DNA of 64,000 nucleotides from Clostridia bacterium (GTDB lineage Bacteria; Bacillota; Clostridia; Christensenellales; CAG-314): NCBI GenBank assembly GCA_028698585.1, contig JAQVWG010000005.1, positions 5,983 to 69,982 of the forward strand, read 5' to 3'. Shown piece by piece: positions 55,297 to 64,000 of this stretch (position 1 is its first letter; each line of letters starts with the position of its first letter). The notes under the pieces were generated by a model. It saw only the letters and a program-made list of their open reading frames with translations, ran no database searches and was not told where the DNA came from. The position numbers and the translations under genes were made by a program.

Positions 55297-56501
55297 GGTT
55301 GTCCCCTCATGATTGAATCTGCCATATTGGTTTGTTGCTGAGCGTCGCCATCAACAAGTTTTTTTAATTTGGATTTACTGTTAAGAATTATATTATTATC
55401 TGCTTGTTCTCGCTTGTTAGTGCGACATACCAATAGAGGTAGTAAGGGTGGCAATAGATACTGACATACCCAGAATACATATTTGCCCCAGCCAGTAGAA
55501 AATGCATCCGACACCAGTTGTTTGACGTCGGTTAATAATGGAAGCACGACTATTATCACCATAACCGCAATTAGTGAGATATATTTACCTATTTGTGTAG
55601 TGATGTTTAATATATGATTGATGCTTCGCATACAGCAAAAACTGAACATAACTATCTTAATCAACACAGACACAGACCATATAACTAACATTAGCCAGTC
55701 CAACCTGCCCAGTGTAGTCTGCTGTATAATGAACTGACTAACTTTTGACATAGCTAGATTGTTATATTTTGCGTAACTGCCGAACAGTCCAATATACACA
55801 ACGGATAATCCTATGCAAATAGCTGCAGATATACCGAATCCGGCAACCAATATTCCGTATTTTTCTTCATTCTTGGGTATGCAGTCGGCAAAAAATAGCA
55901 GTATCAAACAATCGCCGTACCACAACGTATAATCGGGCAACTTCCTCAACACGCCACCTATACCTTTATCCAGAACTGGTTGCAGGTTACCGATATCTGT
56001 CTGTGGTATACTGAGTATTAGCATTGTCAACTGTGCGATTATAATAAATGCAAAAAGTATCTGAGCCAGTCTGGCAACTGCAGTCATGCCCCTGCTTATC
56101 ATGAATATGACAGCTATTGCGACAGGTATGATGAATGCAAGCCAGTTGGTCTTAATAGAAAATGTTGACGAGAATATATCTATACTGTATACCATCAGAT
56201 ATGACAGTCTTACGAGTAAAAACAGTGCAAATATACCCATAATTATTTTGGCAACGATTGGTGATAGGGTAGAACTAATTATTTCGTACACACTCTTGCG
56301 ATAGGTATTAAGATTGAGTGCCCAGACTATACATAACAACATTAGTAGATCAATTGCGAATAAGATAAGGCAAGCATAAGGGCTATCCCTGCCTATGCCT
56401 CGAGCCATAACTATGGGCAAAGATAGATATTTACCGCCAGGGATTATTAGTATTATTAGTAGCATCAGTTGTTTGATTTTGATATTGTTATCACCTATCA
56501 T
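55293..56501 (-). CDS. Spore germination receptor B subunit (GerAB/APC-superfamily permease-like)
   Basis: About 10 TM segments; lies between the A and C subunit genes; AGGTGA SD. Confidence 0.8.
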   Translation of the reverse strand: MIGDNNIKIKQLMLLIILIIPGGKYLSLPIVMARGIGRDSPYACLILFAIDLLMLLCIVWALNLNTYRKSVYEIISSTLSPIVAKIIMGIFALFLLVRLSYLMVYSIDIFSSTFSIKTNWLAFIIPVAIAVIFMISRGMTAVARLAQILFAFIIIAQLTMLILSIPQTDIGNLQPVLDKGIGGVLRKLPDYTLWYGDCLILLFFADCIPKNEEKYGILVAGFGISAAICIGLSVVYIGLFGSYAKYNNLAMSKVSQFIIQQTTLGRLDWLMLVIWSVSVLIKIVMFSFCCMRSINHILNITTQIGKYISLIAVMVIIVVLPLLTDVKQLVSDAFSTGWGKYVFWVCQYLLPPLLPLLVCRTNKREQADNNIILNSKSKLKKLVDGDAQQQTNMADSIMRGQP

Positions 56502-56561
56502 CTAATCACCTATTATCATATTGTCGCAAGCATTCAGTTGGTGTTATGCATTAGTTTTGCT

Positions 56562-57995
56562 TTATTTAATTCGGGTATCATTCTTTTGTTTAATGGATTG
56601 AGGGCGCTTGTACATTTTGGACAAGGGCACTTTTATCAGTGCGTCCTTTCTGTCGCTAGATATATCGGGTGCAAAGGGCGCTAGGTAGGGTGCACCAAAC
56701 GATGACAGCGACACCATATATGCGAGGATAGCAACAACTGCCAAACTTAAGCCAAACAATCCCATTATGCCACCAATAAATGTTAGAACCAACCTCACAA
56801 GCGTTAGTAGCAATGTATTATTAGGCATAGTGTATAGGCCTATGCCAGATAATGCACCAATCATAACTGCTGGTGCACCCAGTAGCCCTGCCCTTACTGC
56901 GGCGTCCCCCAGCACAACAGCGCCAATGAGCGATAGCGACAGGCCTGCTATTGAGGGCATGCGAGCATTTGCCTCTCTCAATATGTCGAAGATAACCAAC
57001 ACTACCACCATCTCAACCAACGGATTGAATGGAATGTTCTGAGTTGCGTCAAAAATAGTAATTAAGAACTTGAGTGGTATTATCTGATAGTTAAACAACT
57101 GTAAGGACACATATAGTGAGGGCAGTATCACGCATATTACAGCTGATAAACTGCGCAATATCCTGTTGACTGTTATTATCTCAGGCGAACCATAGTAGTC
57201 TTCCGGCCCCTGTATATCCTCAACGAATAGATAAGGTATAGTCAGTACAATAGGCGAACCGTCTACAATAACCGCTATTCTACCCTCGAGCATTTTGCCT
57301 GCCACTACATCTGGCTTTTCTGTCGTTCCCACCATGCGAAAGAGAGTTATTCCTCGGTGATCAAGGTAACTAGAAATGTAACTGCTATCGAGCACTCCGT
57401 CTACGGTAATAGCCTTGATTCTTTGCACAATTTTGTCCGCAATTTCTTGCGAAGCAATTGAGGAAATGTAGCAGATTGCAACCATTGTATTGGTGTGTTT
57501 TCCGACTGTTACATATTCTATATGCAGTTCTGGGCCCTTAATTCGCTTCCTGAGCAGAGTTATATTAACCTTGATACTTTCAACGAACCCTTCTCTGGGC
57601 CCCTTAGTGACGTTACTTGTGGGGGGTTGGACAATGTTACGGCCCAGTGTAGTTCGCGTGTCTAGAGCCAGGCATTCGTCTGGCGAAATGAATACTAAAG
57701 TGTAGCCGTTGTAGAAAAGTTCGCGCATTTTGTCGACAAGCGTTACGGAGTCGCATTTGATTGCGAATATGACTTTTTGAGACAACTGATGTGTCGTCTT
57801 GCAGTTGAGTCCCATTTCTACAATGGGTTGAACAACCTGCGTAGAAACGTAGGTGTCATCACTCATACCATCAAGGCTGAGTACGGTAATCTGTTTGACT
57901 CCTGACAGGTGTCTTATGCGCATGTCGGGCGTGCTTTCTTTAACTAATTGATTAAGTGCATTCATATCAAATATAGTTTGTGATAACGTTTTCAT
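56562..57995 (-). CDS. Spore germination receptor A subunit (GerAA/GerKA family)
   Basis: Family-typical GPREGFVESIKVNITLLRKRIK and a C-terminal membrane domain. Start uncertain: ATG 57995 chosen over the track TTG 58013. Confidence 0.8.
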   Translation of the reverse strand: MKTLSQTIFDMNALNQLVKESTPDMRIRHLSGVKQITVLSLDGMSDDTYVSTQVVQPIVEMGLNCKTTHQLSQKVIFAIKCDSVTLVDKMRELFYNGYTLVFISPDECLALDTRTTLGRNIVQPPTSNVTKGPREGFVESIKVNITLLRKRIKGPELHIEYVTVGKHTNTMVAICYISSIASQEIADKIVQRIKAITVDGVLDSSYISSYLDHRGITLFRMVGTTEKPDVVAGKMLEGRIAVIVDGSPIVLTIPYLFVEDIQGPEDYYGSPEIITVNRILRSLSAVICVILPSLYVSLQLFNYQIIPLKFLITIFDATQNIPFNPLVEMVVVLVIFDILREANARMPSIAGLSLSLIGAVVLGDAAVRAGLLGAPAVMIGALSGIGLYTMPNNTLLLTLVRLVLTFIGGIMGLFGLSLAVVAILAYMVSLSSFGAPYLAPFAPDISSDRKDALIKVPLSKMYKRPQSIKQKNDTRIK

Positions 57996-58128
57996 TTTAT
58001 TTATGTTAACCAATATTTAATGCAATAGTTATAAGTAATACCTCGAATAGATAATATATTGGTGTGTATTAGCGTGTAAACACATAGGTATATGTTTACT
58101 TTACAGCTGAATAAGTATCTTCTTGTTC

Positions 58129-58157
58129 TTGACAACGACCACAATATATAGTATAAT
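58129..58157 (+). promoter_or_regulatory. Consensus sigma-A promoter driving the cobalamin riboswitch
   Basis: TTGACA (58129-58134), exactly 17 nt, TATAAT (58152-58157). Confidence 0.65.
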
Positions 58158-58169
58158 TATGTTAGTTAA

Positions 58170-58365
58170 ATAGTCTTGGTGGTTGCGCTTGTGTTATTAA
58201 TTAAGACGGCGCATTAAAAGGGAATGCAGTTAATCTGCAACAGCCCCCGCTACTGTTACGCACCTGCTCTTTGCGTTTATTAGTCATTGTCCGTATATTG
58301 CGGATGAGAAGGCAAGCAAAGACATAATATAGGTGTCATAGTCAGGAGACCTGCCTCAAGACAAT
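58170..58365 (+). promoter_or_regulatory. Cobalamin (B12) riboswitch aptamer
   Basis: B12 box AGTCAGGAGACCTGCC (58340-58355). Core AAAAGGGAATGCAGTTAATCTGCAACAGCCCCCGCTACTGT (58217-58257). Closing P1 pairs GTCTTG (58173-58178) with CAAGAC (58357-58362). Confidence 0.85.
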
Positions 58366-58424
58366 CAATGCTTTGCTCGGTGGGAGTTAACGCAGTAAGG
58401 TCGATACTATATAAGTGTCGACAT

Positions 58425-58462
58425 ACTCCTTATGTATGCAGAGAATACTGAGGAGTTTTTTA
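58425..58462 (+). terminator. Riboswitch expression-platform terminator
   Basis: ACTCCT ... AGGAGT stem with an inner GTAT/ATAC pairing, followed by TTTTTT, about 80 nt before the first regulated gene. Confidence 0.65.
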
Positions 58463-58543
58463 TTGCGCAACGCACAAGTAATGCTACTATTACTGCATCT
58501 AATCAACAATTAAATAAATGTATTATATAGAAGGAGAATAAGT

Positions 58544-59002
58544 GTGAAAAAATTATTATCAATTATTATGACATTGTTACTATTAGCAACAAGTGTGTGT
58601 ACGTTATACGGTTGCCAGTTAACCAGTAGCAGAACAAGAAATCAAGTCAGTATTACGGTTATTATTGGTGAGAATGAACTAAGTGTCGATACAATGGAGA
58701 GTAATCTACACATGGTGCTCGTAGAACTGCTGGACGGTAACAAGATATCATCTTATGTATACTCCGGCAGTACCTATTCTGTCTACATAACGCAGATAGA
58801 CGAGTTAACTCCTACGGTTGCCAGCAACGAGTTTATCACCGTTTTTCATAGCATAGATGATGACGGACTTAAGATGTATGGTGTGGATAATGTAGTAGTG
58901 GGGGATAAGACGCTATATTGTTCGGGCGTTGGGGTGTCAATGCTTCCTATAGTAGACGGCGCTACTTACTATATATTCATTGATAGTTATAGCGGAGAGT
59001 AA
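58544..59002 (+). CDS. B12-riboswitch-controlled lipoprotein (possibly DUF4430-like corrinoid-binding fold)
   Basis: GTG start 7 nt after AAGGAG. Signal peptide plus lipobox (LLLLATSVCTLYGC). The family call rests only on size, context and a loose pattern. Confidence 0.55.
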   Translation: MKKLLSIIMTLLLLATSVCTLYGCQLTSSRTRNQVSITVIIGENELSVDTMESNLHMVLVELLDGNKISSYVYSGSTYSVYITQIDELTPTVASNEFITVFHSIDDDGLKMYGVDNVVVGDKTLYCSGVGVSMLPIVDGATYYIFIDSYSGE

Positions 59003-59009
59003 TAATATA

Positions 59010-59771
59010 GTGATAACTAATAATAATTTCACAACTGAATGTAAAGGCACTACAGACAATGACGGGCACGACTTTGTCAATTCGCCAAATGATATTGACT
59101 GTCAAGCCAGCATAACTAGCGACGAAACGAGCGTCGAGCACCCTAACGACTCTGCATTAGTAGATAGTGAGCAACATAGTGAGAAAATGACGACGAATAT
59201 CGTGTGCGCTAACAATAGACCAATTAACAAGCACACCAACACAGCTATTAAACTATGTTATATGGCGCTGTTCACTGCTACACTCTCTGGTGGCAAGTTT
59301 GCGCTGTCGTTTATCCCAAATGTTGAGATTGTAACACTACTCATTATAGTATACGCCAGTGTATTCGGTATATGGTACATTCTTCCTGCCACCATAGTGT
59401 TCTGTCTAATCGAAGTGTTGTTGTACGGATTCGGCTACTGGTTCATTACCTATACACTCTATTGGCCATTACTAGGAATAACTGCCTCTATCCTGCTTAG
59501 GAACAAAAAACTCTGGGTGGCAATTCTACTGGCATTACTGTCAACGGCGTTATTTGGCCTGCTAAGTACCCTTATTGACACATCACTAGCCATATTGAGT
59601 AGCGGTCAACTGCACGCATTCGTTCGCGTGTTCGTCCTTACCTATATTAAGGGGGCATGGTTCTATGTTGTGCATATTGTGTCCAACTGCACGTTGATAG
59701 CAGTGTTATACGTACCGTTATGCAGACTGCTAACAAGGATACGGAATGAACAATTGACATTATTGCGATAA
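59010..59771 (+). CDS. ECF-transporter S-component-like membrane protein (CbrT-like candidate) with an acidic N-terminal extension
   Basis: The C-terminal 190 aa or so carry about six hydrophobic helices. Start uncertain: GTG 59010, track TTG 58980, or ATG 59187, which would give a canonical 194-aa S component. Confidence 0.5.
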   Translation: MITNNNFTTECKGTTDNDGHDFVNSPNDIDCQASITSDETSVEHPNDSALVDSEQHSEKMTTNIVCANNRPINKHTNTAIKLCYMALFTATLSGGKFALSFIPNVEIVTLLIIVYASVFGIWYILPATIVFCLIEVLLYGFGYWFITYTLYWPLLGITASILLRNKKLWVAILLALLSTALFGLLSTLIDTSLAILSSGQLHAFVRVFVLTYIKGAWFYVVHIVSNCTLIAVLYVPLCRLLTRIRNEQLTLLR

Positions 59772-59850
59772 ACTAATACACAATGACGCTTATTTACTTG
59801 TTATTCACTTTATCATTAACTTGCCGTGCATTAAATGAATAAGTCTATGT

Positions 59851-59881
59851 ATAACAAAAGACAACATACAACTGTTGTCTT
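59851..59881 (-). terminator. Terminator of dut
   Basis: Minus-strand RNA: AAGACAAC / GTTGTCTT stem with an 8-nt loop, followed by UUGUUAU. Confidence 0.55.
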
Positions 59882-59921
59882 AATAAATTGATATATCAAT
59901 GTGTGGTCGTTTACTAAGTGA

Positions 59922-60401
59922 CTACACCTTAGTACTGCCGAATCCACCCTTGCGATTGTTAGTTATGGGCAACTCCTCTGTAATGGAATGCGATAGCAGT
60001 AATCCTTGTACGAATGCTTTGCCCTTGGCAATTGATATATGTTCATTGCCGTTATTAACAATCCAAACAATAATGTGTCCTTCATTATCTGCGTTATAAT
60101 AGTCACTGTCGATAATGCCTACAGTGTTGGCAAGTCCTAAACTATATTTACACCCTAGTCCACTCTTGGGTACAATCATCAACAGGTGCCAATTGGTCAG
60201 TTTAATCCGAATACCTGTTGGCACTTTCAGCTTATGTCCTGCACACAGCTCTATATCACACGGTGCGAAAAAGTCATATCCGGCAGAACCGCTCGTTGCA
60301 CGCAACGGCAGGACAATGTTATTATAGTCTTGTTCTGCACCGCCATCGCTTATGTATTGCTCTGCCGACACTCGGTAGAACTCTGCAAGCTTAGATTTCA
60401 T
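59922..60401 (-). CDS. dut: dUTP diphosphatase (trimeric dUTPase family)
   Basis: Motifs GSAGYDF, GIIDSDY and the C-terminal RKGGFGST. Confidence 0.85.
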   Translation of the reverse strand: MKSKLAEFYRVSAEQYISDGGAEQDYNNIVLPLRATSGSAGYDFFAPCDIELCAGHKLKVPTGIRIKLTNWHLLMIVPKSGLGCKYSLGLANTVGIIDSDYYNADNEGHIIVWIVNNGNEHISIAKGKAFVQGLLLSHSITEELPITNNRKGGFGSTKV

Positions 60402-60551
60402 TTAGTTACCCCTTGGACCATTATTGATTATTATTATACCATAATTGCAACACACTTGCAATAATTCTTGCATATTCTATATAAGGCCGAGTTGTATATA
60501 AGGGGGAAAGAGTGGGTGTTTTATTATCGAGACTTATTACAGGAGATAGAA

Positions 60552-61529
60552 ATGTTTTCTGCATACGGGTGCGAAGTGGGTGTGGTCGGCGAAAGTACGC
60601 TACATCAGCGCATACCATACGTATATATCGGCAATGATAAGAGTAACTGCATTATTGTTCAAGGTGGAATACATGCAAGAGAACACATAACCTCGCTGTT
60701 GGTAGTTAATATGGCCAAACACCTACTTAAACGCAACGATTTACTATTGCTCGGTGGTATATACTTCCTGCCCATGGTTAATGTAGACGGGGTAAGACTG
60801 GCTCAAGAAGGACTAGATTTTGTTAAGAGTAGTAAGCGCAGACAAGAGTTGATAGACCTAAATGGCGGTAGCATAGACTTCTCGCTATGGAAGGCCAACA
60901 TAAGAGGGGTGGATCTCAATGTCAACTTTGACGCAAGTTGGGGTAAGGGAGAGCAGAACGTTGATTATCCTGCAACTGCTAATTACATAGGCAGTAAGCC
61001 AGAGAGCGAGAAGGAGACTAGGTGTCTTGTCAATTTTACTCGTGAGGTTAATCCGTTGGCTACGCTGTCCTATCACTGTAAAGGAGAGGTAATATACTGG
61101 CGTTTCGGTCAAACCATGAATAAATTATGGATGCATTATCGATTGGCTAAAGCCATAGCAGAGGATACGGGATATGCACTAGCGCATGATAAGGGCAGTG
61201 TGGGCGGATATAAGGACTGGTGCATTCACCAACTGGGAATACCAGCTTTTACAATTGAAGTAGGCAGTGATTATTATAAACACCCATATCCTTATAGTGA
61301 TTTTTTTAATATTTTTCGCATTAACAAGGATGTCCCGCGTAAACTACTCAATAGTGTAGTCAAAATGAAACAAACAGCAGTTAAGCACAGCATAATCAAG
61401 AATGGAATACCCATTGACGACGAGGTTGATTATCAACTGATTACTCAAGACTCGGTAGATGACAATCAAGAGCAACTCGACAATATAACTAACTGCACTG
61501 ATGAACAACCAGACAATCACAGCAGTTAA
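60552..61529 (+). CDS. M14-family zinc carboxypeptidase (gamma-D-glutamyl-meso-diaminopimelate peptidase-like)
   Basis: Zinc motif GGIHAREHIT. Start moved to the Met at 60552 (AGGAGA SD). Confidence 0.75.
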   Translation: MFSAYGCEVGVVGESTLHQRIPYVYIGNDKSNCIIVQGGIHAREHITSLLVVNMAKHLLKRNDLLLLGGIYFLPMVNVDGVRLAQEGLDFVKSSKRRQELIDLNGGSIDFSLWKANIRGVDLNVNFDASWGKGEQNVDYPATANYIGSKPESEKETRCLVNFTREVNPLATLSYHCKGEVIYWRFGQTMNKLWMHYRLAKAIAEDTGYALAHDKGSVGGYKDWCIHQLGIPAFTIEVGSDYYKHPYPYSDFFNIFRINKDVPRKLLNSVVKMKQTAVKHSIIKNGIPIDDEVDYQLITQDSVDDNQEQLDNITNCTDEQPDNHSS

Positions 61530-61683
61530 ATAGTGAGAATGGGCTGGTAACTTATAAATATAGGTATTCTTTTGCGCCAGACAATATTATGATATTACTT
61601 ACATACAATTAGATAATATATTGACTTATGATGTAATTACAGTATAAAATGATAATATATAACTGATTAGGGGTGATTAAATC

Positions 61684-62040
61684 ATGAAAACACTTGGTAA
61701 CATACTATGGCTTATACTGACAGGATTATGGTCTGCTATTGCATATTTCTTATGTGGTATTATATTATGTATCACAATTATTGGCATACCATTCGGTAAA
61801 CAGTGTTTCAAACTAGCAGGTTTTGTCTTGACACCGTTCGGCAAGACAATCAATACTGATTATAACAAGTATCCTGTAGCTAATATTCTATGGATTATCT
61901 TTTTCGGCTGGGAAATGGCCATTGGATTCTTCGTCATCGGTGCACTATGGTGTATCACAATTATTGGCATACCATTCGGTAAACAGTGTTTCAAACTAGC
62001 ACAACTCAGTTTCTTCCCATTCGGCGCCACATACGATTAG
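61684..62040 (+). CDS. yccF: YccF-family inner membrane protein (two DUF307 repeats)
   Basis: Two copies of ITIIGIPFGKQCFKLA in a 118-aa hydrophobic protein. Confidence 0.8.
   Translation: MKTLGNILWLILTGLWSAIAYFLCGIILCITIIGIPFGKQCFKLAGFVLTPFGKTINTDYNKYPVANILWIIFFGWEMAIGFFVIGALWCITIIGIPFGKQCFKLAQLSFFPFGATYD
61768..62001 (+). repeat. Pair of perfect 51-bp direct repeats inside yccF (61768-61818 and 61951-62001)
   Basis: tgtatcacaattattggcataccattcggtaaacagtgtttcaaactagca occurs twice, 183 bp apart and in frame (17 codons, CITIIGIPFGKQCFKLA). Confidence 0.95.
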
Positions 62041-62074
62041 ATAGCTCTACTTTTGCATTAGATATTGAACTGTT

Positions 62075-62103
62075 CGGCTGAGTAGTATACTCAGCCGTTA
62101 GTT
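62075..62103 (+). terminator. Putative terminator after yccF
   Basis: CGGCTGAGTA / TACTCAGCCG inverted repeat followed by TTAGTT (weak U tract). Confidence 0.5.
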
Positions 62104-62404
62104 ACTCGGTGCATACTGCTAATCACGTAGACATCCAGCCCACAATACTTTTATTAATCTCAAAAAAATATGGTAATTCTTTTATACATGTGATACAATG
62201 CCAGTTGGAGTTATGCGCAATACTTGAATACAGGCATTTTTTGGTGATGTAGTAGCACACACAATAAATAGACTCAGTACTATAGTCATTATGTGACTGT
62301 CGTTATATGTGTATGTAATGTGTTCTATGTTGCGATGTATTCTCAACGCGCGTTTGCTATATAGTGGTCTATGCGCACAACAATACAACATGTGGAGGCA
62401 GATT

Positions 62405-63709
62405 ATGGAGCAACGGAAGGTAAAGAAAGGGCGCTGGTGGAAAATATTACTAGGTATAGTCATTGGCATAGTTGCATTATATCTAGTGGTGACACTACTT
62501 AACTATATAGGCTCGGCAGTAAATATGCGCTATGCCAAGTTAATCGAATCAGTGCAAGTAGAAGGGCAGATTAAGCCCGTTATTGATACAGATGGCTACT
62601 ATACGTTTGATACTGACAGGCCGCTTAAGATAATGCATCTAACGGATGTACACCTTGGTGGTGGCATATTGTCGGTAGAGAATGACAGACTAGCACTTAA
62701 GGCTATAGAGAGGATGGTTCGTGCCGAGCGTCCCGATTTAATCATTATTACTGGAGATGTTACTTTTCCCGCGCCATACGTAGCTGGCACCAACAACAAT
62801 AAACGCTCAACTAAACTGTTCATTGAGTTTATGGAGAATCTAGGCGTCTATTGGACGTTCACATTCGGCAATCACGACCAAGAAATATATAGTACGCTCA
62901 ACGCAGACCAAATCAGTCAAATATACGCATCTGTGCCTCACCCCGAGGACGGTGGACACTGTTTGTTCCAGAACGGCAGAGAGGATATTAATGGCAACGG
63001 CAACACTATGATTAAGGTGAGACAGAAAACAGAGAATGGTATTGGTATAGTGACGCAGGTGTTGGTGCTACTTGATAGTCATTCCTACACAGATAGCGAC
63101 CCACTGGGTATCAAGTGGCAATACGAGAATATAACTACTAATCAGTTAGATTGGTACGAGAGCGAAATCAATCGAATAACAGCAGAGAATCAGGCGATAG
63201 AGAGCACCGAAGGCACTGTCAAATCTCTTGCTTTTTGGCACATACCGGTTGCTGAATATCTGTCTGCATATAATGCATATATTGACAACCAGCGTGCTAC
63301 GGAGGGCGTCAATACAGAACTTAAGTACAGTTATAAATATCACTTTGGTTATGCATGGGAGACAGGTAAAATTGTGTTCAGTGGAATGGATGAGAACGAC
63401 CCAACATTCGAACGTATGTATAATCTAGGCTCTACTCAAGGTATATTCTGTGGACATGATCATGATAATAATTTCTCCATAACCTATGATCCCAACATAG
63501 ATGATGATAAGGATGCTATAAGATTGACGTATGGGTACTCAATAGACTATCTGGCATACTTTAATATAGCCAAGCGTGGCTATCAGCGTGGATGTGTTGT
63601 CATTACTGTCAACACAGACGGCACATTCGACTGCGTACAGAATAATCTATATACCCATTACAACTATACAGACAAGGGTAGTAATAATCTAACACCACCC
63701 ACAAACTAA
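62405..63709 (+). CDS. Membrane-anchored calcineurin-like metallophosphoesterase
   Basis: Motifs HLTDVHLGG, GDVTF, GNHD and GHDHDNN. Start moved to the Met at 62405 (GGAGG SD), giving an N-terminal TM helix. Confidence 0.8.
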   Translation: MEQRKVKKGRWWKILLGIVIGIVALYLVVTLLNYIGSAVNMRYAKLIESVQVEGQIKPVIDTDGYYTFDTDRPLKIMHLTDVHLGGGILSVENDRLALKAIERMVRAERPDLIIITGDVTFPAPYVAGTNNNKRSTKLFIEFMENLGVYWTFTFGNHDQEIYSTLNADQISQIYASVPHPEDGGHCLFQNGREDINGNGNTMIKVRQKTENGIGIVTQVLVLLDSHSYTDSDPLGIKWQYENITTNQLDWYESEINRITAENQAIESTEGTVKSLAFWHIPVAEYLSAYNAYIDNQRATEGVNTELKYSYKYHFGYAWETGKIVFSGMDENDPTFERMYNLGSTQGIFCGHDHDNNFSITYDPNIDDDKDAIRLTYGYSIDYLAYFNIAKRGYQRGCVVITVNTDGTFDCVQNNLYTHYNYTDKGSNNLTPPTN

Positions 63710-63754
63710 TACACCTATTAGCATTCTAATTATTGATATATCGACTATACGCAA

Positions 63755-63781
63755 AATCTCGAAAGTGTAACTTTCGAGATT
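63755..63781. terminator. Hairpin between convergent genes
   Basis: 11-bp perfect stem AATCTCGAAAG / CTTTCGAGATT with a 5-nt loop; poor U tract. Confidence 0.45.
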
Positions 63782-63845
63782 CCCTTAGTAATATTGTTAT
63801 CGTTTTGCTGTTAATTTACCTGAACAGCAATGCAATCAATGCTAG

Positions 63846-64000
63846 TTAGGAGTGCAAGTTATTGATATACTGTGTGATAGTACTATCAGCATAGTCAAAG
63901 TACGTAACATAACTTGAATAATATCTCTCGGTGTCAGCAGTGGTAAAGTTAGTAGTTATTGTGTCATCTGATAGTAGTCTTGCGTAGTTATACGTGCCGT
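63846..64000 (-). CDS. 3' end (50 codons) of an unidentified gene entering from the right edge
   Basis: Hand translation of the minus strand is open from 63998 to TAA at 63848-63846 (...YFDYADSTITQYINNLHS*). The other two frames have early stops. No function assignable. Confidence 0.3.
   Translation of the reverse strand, partial: GTYNYARLLSDDTITTNFTTADTERYYSSYVTYFDYADSTITQYINNLHS

Overview
This 64-kb window comes from a low-GC, Shine-Dalgarno-using, endospore-forming Firmicute chromosome. The markers are a gerA-type germinant receptor operon, tilS-hpt, ychF, rpsF-ssb-rpsR and a WalJ-like MBL next to rlmH. I recognised no rRNA, tRNA, CRISPR array, transposase or integrase.

Layout:
(i) 1-10.25 kb, minus strand, visibly AT-richer. 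A tightly coupled four-gene defence-type operon: AAA/DUF4143 ATPase, then a 904-aa motif-less protein, then a 1742-aa SF2 helicase with a DUF1998/MrfA zinc module, then a NERD-SF1 helicase cut by the window edge. I read it as a Druantia type III-like (DruH/DruE-like) core with two extra partners.
(ii) 10.6-19.9 kb, minus strand, visibly GC-richer. An eight-gene, kinase-less catabolic operon: TPP enzyme, MmsA-type aldehyde dehydrogenase, Gfo/Idh/MocA oxidoreductase, split transketolase, RpiB-like isomerase, IclR regulator and GPH symporter.
(iii) 19.9-21.2 kb. An ORF-free spacer with a 140-bp tandem repeat.
(iv) 22.5-29.45 kb, minus strand. A seven-gene operon joining a FecCD-type metal-chelate ABC importer to a NifH-like ATPase and two small NifD/K (NifE/N, BchN/B)-like subunits. 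Two of the importer genes are broken, one by a 50-bp tandem duplication and one by an in-frame TAG. This uncharacterised nitrogenase-like reductase is my top candidate for a new system. A divergent AraC/GyrI-like regulator lies upstream.
(v) 31-64 kb, mostly housekeeping. It holds an orphan Na+-decarboxylase beta/gamma pair, DUF362, an aldehyde dehydrogenase, hpt, tilS, ychF, MBL, CPBP protease, rlmH, lepB, SPFH/zinc-ribbon protein, an ABC exporter, a second split transketolase, ung, rpsF-ssb-rpsR and the gerA operon. It also holds a cobalamin riboswitch controlling a lipoprotein plus an ECF-S-like membrane protein, then dut, an M14 peptidase, yccF and a metallophosphoesterase.

Several start codons were moved relative to the ORF track where an internal Met or GTG has a better SD or promoter context. 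All family calls rest on motifs read by eye; no database search was possible.
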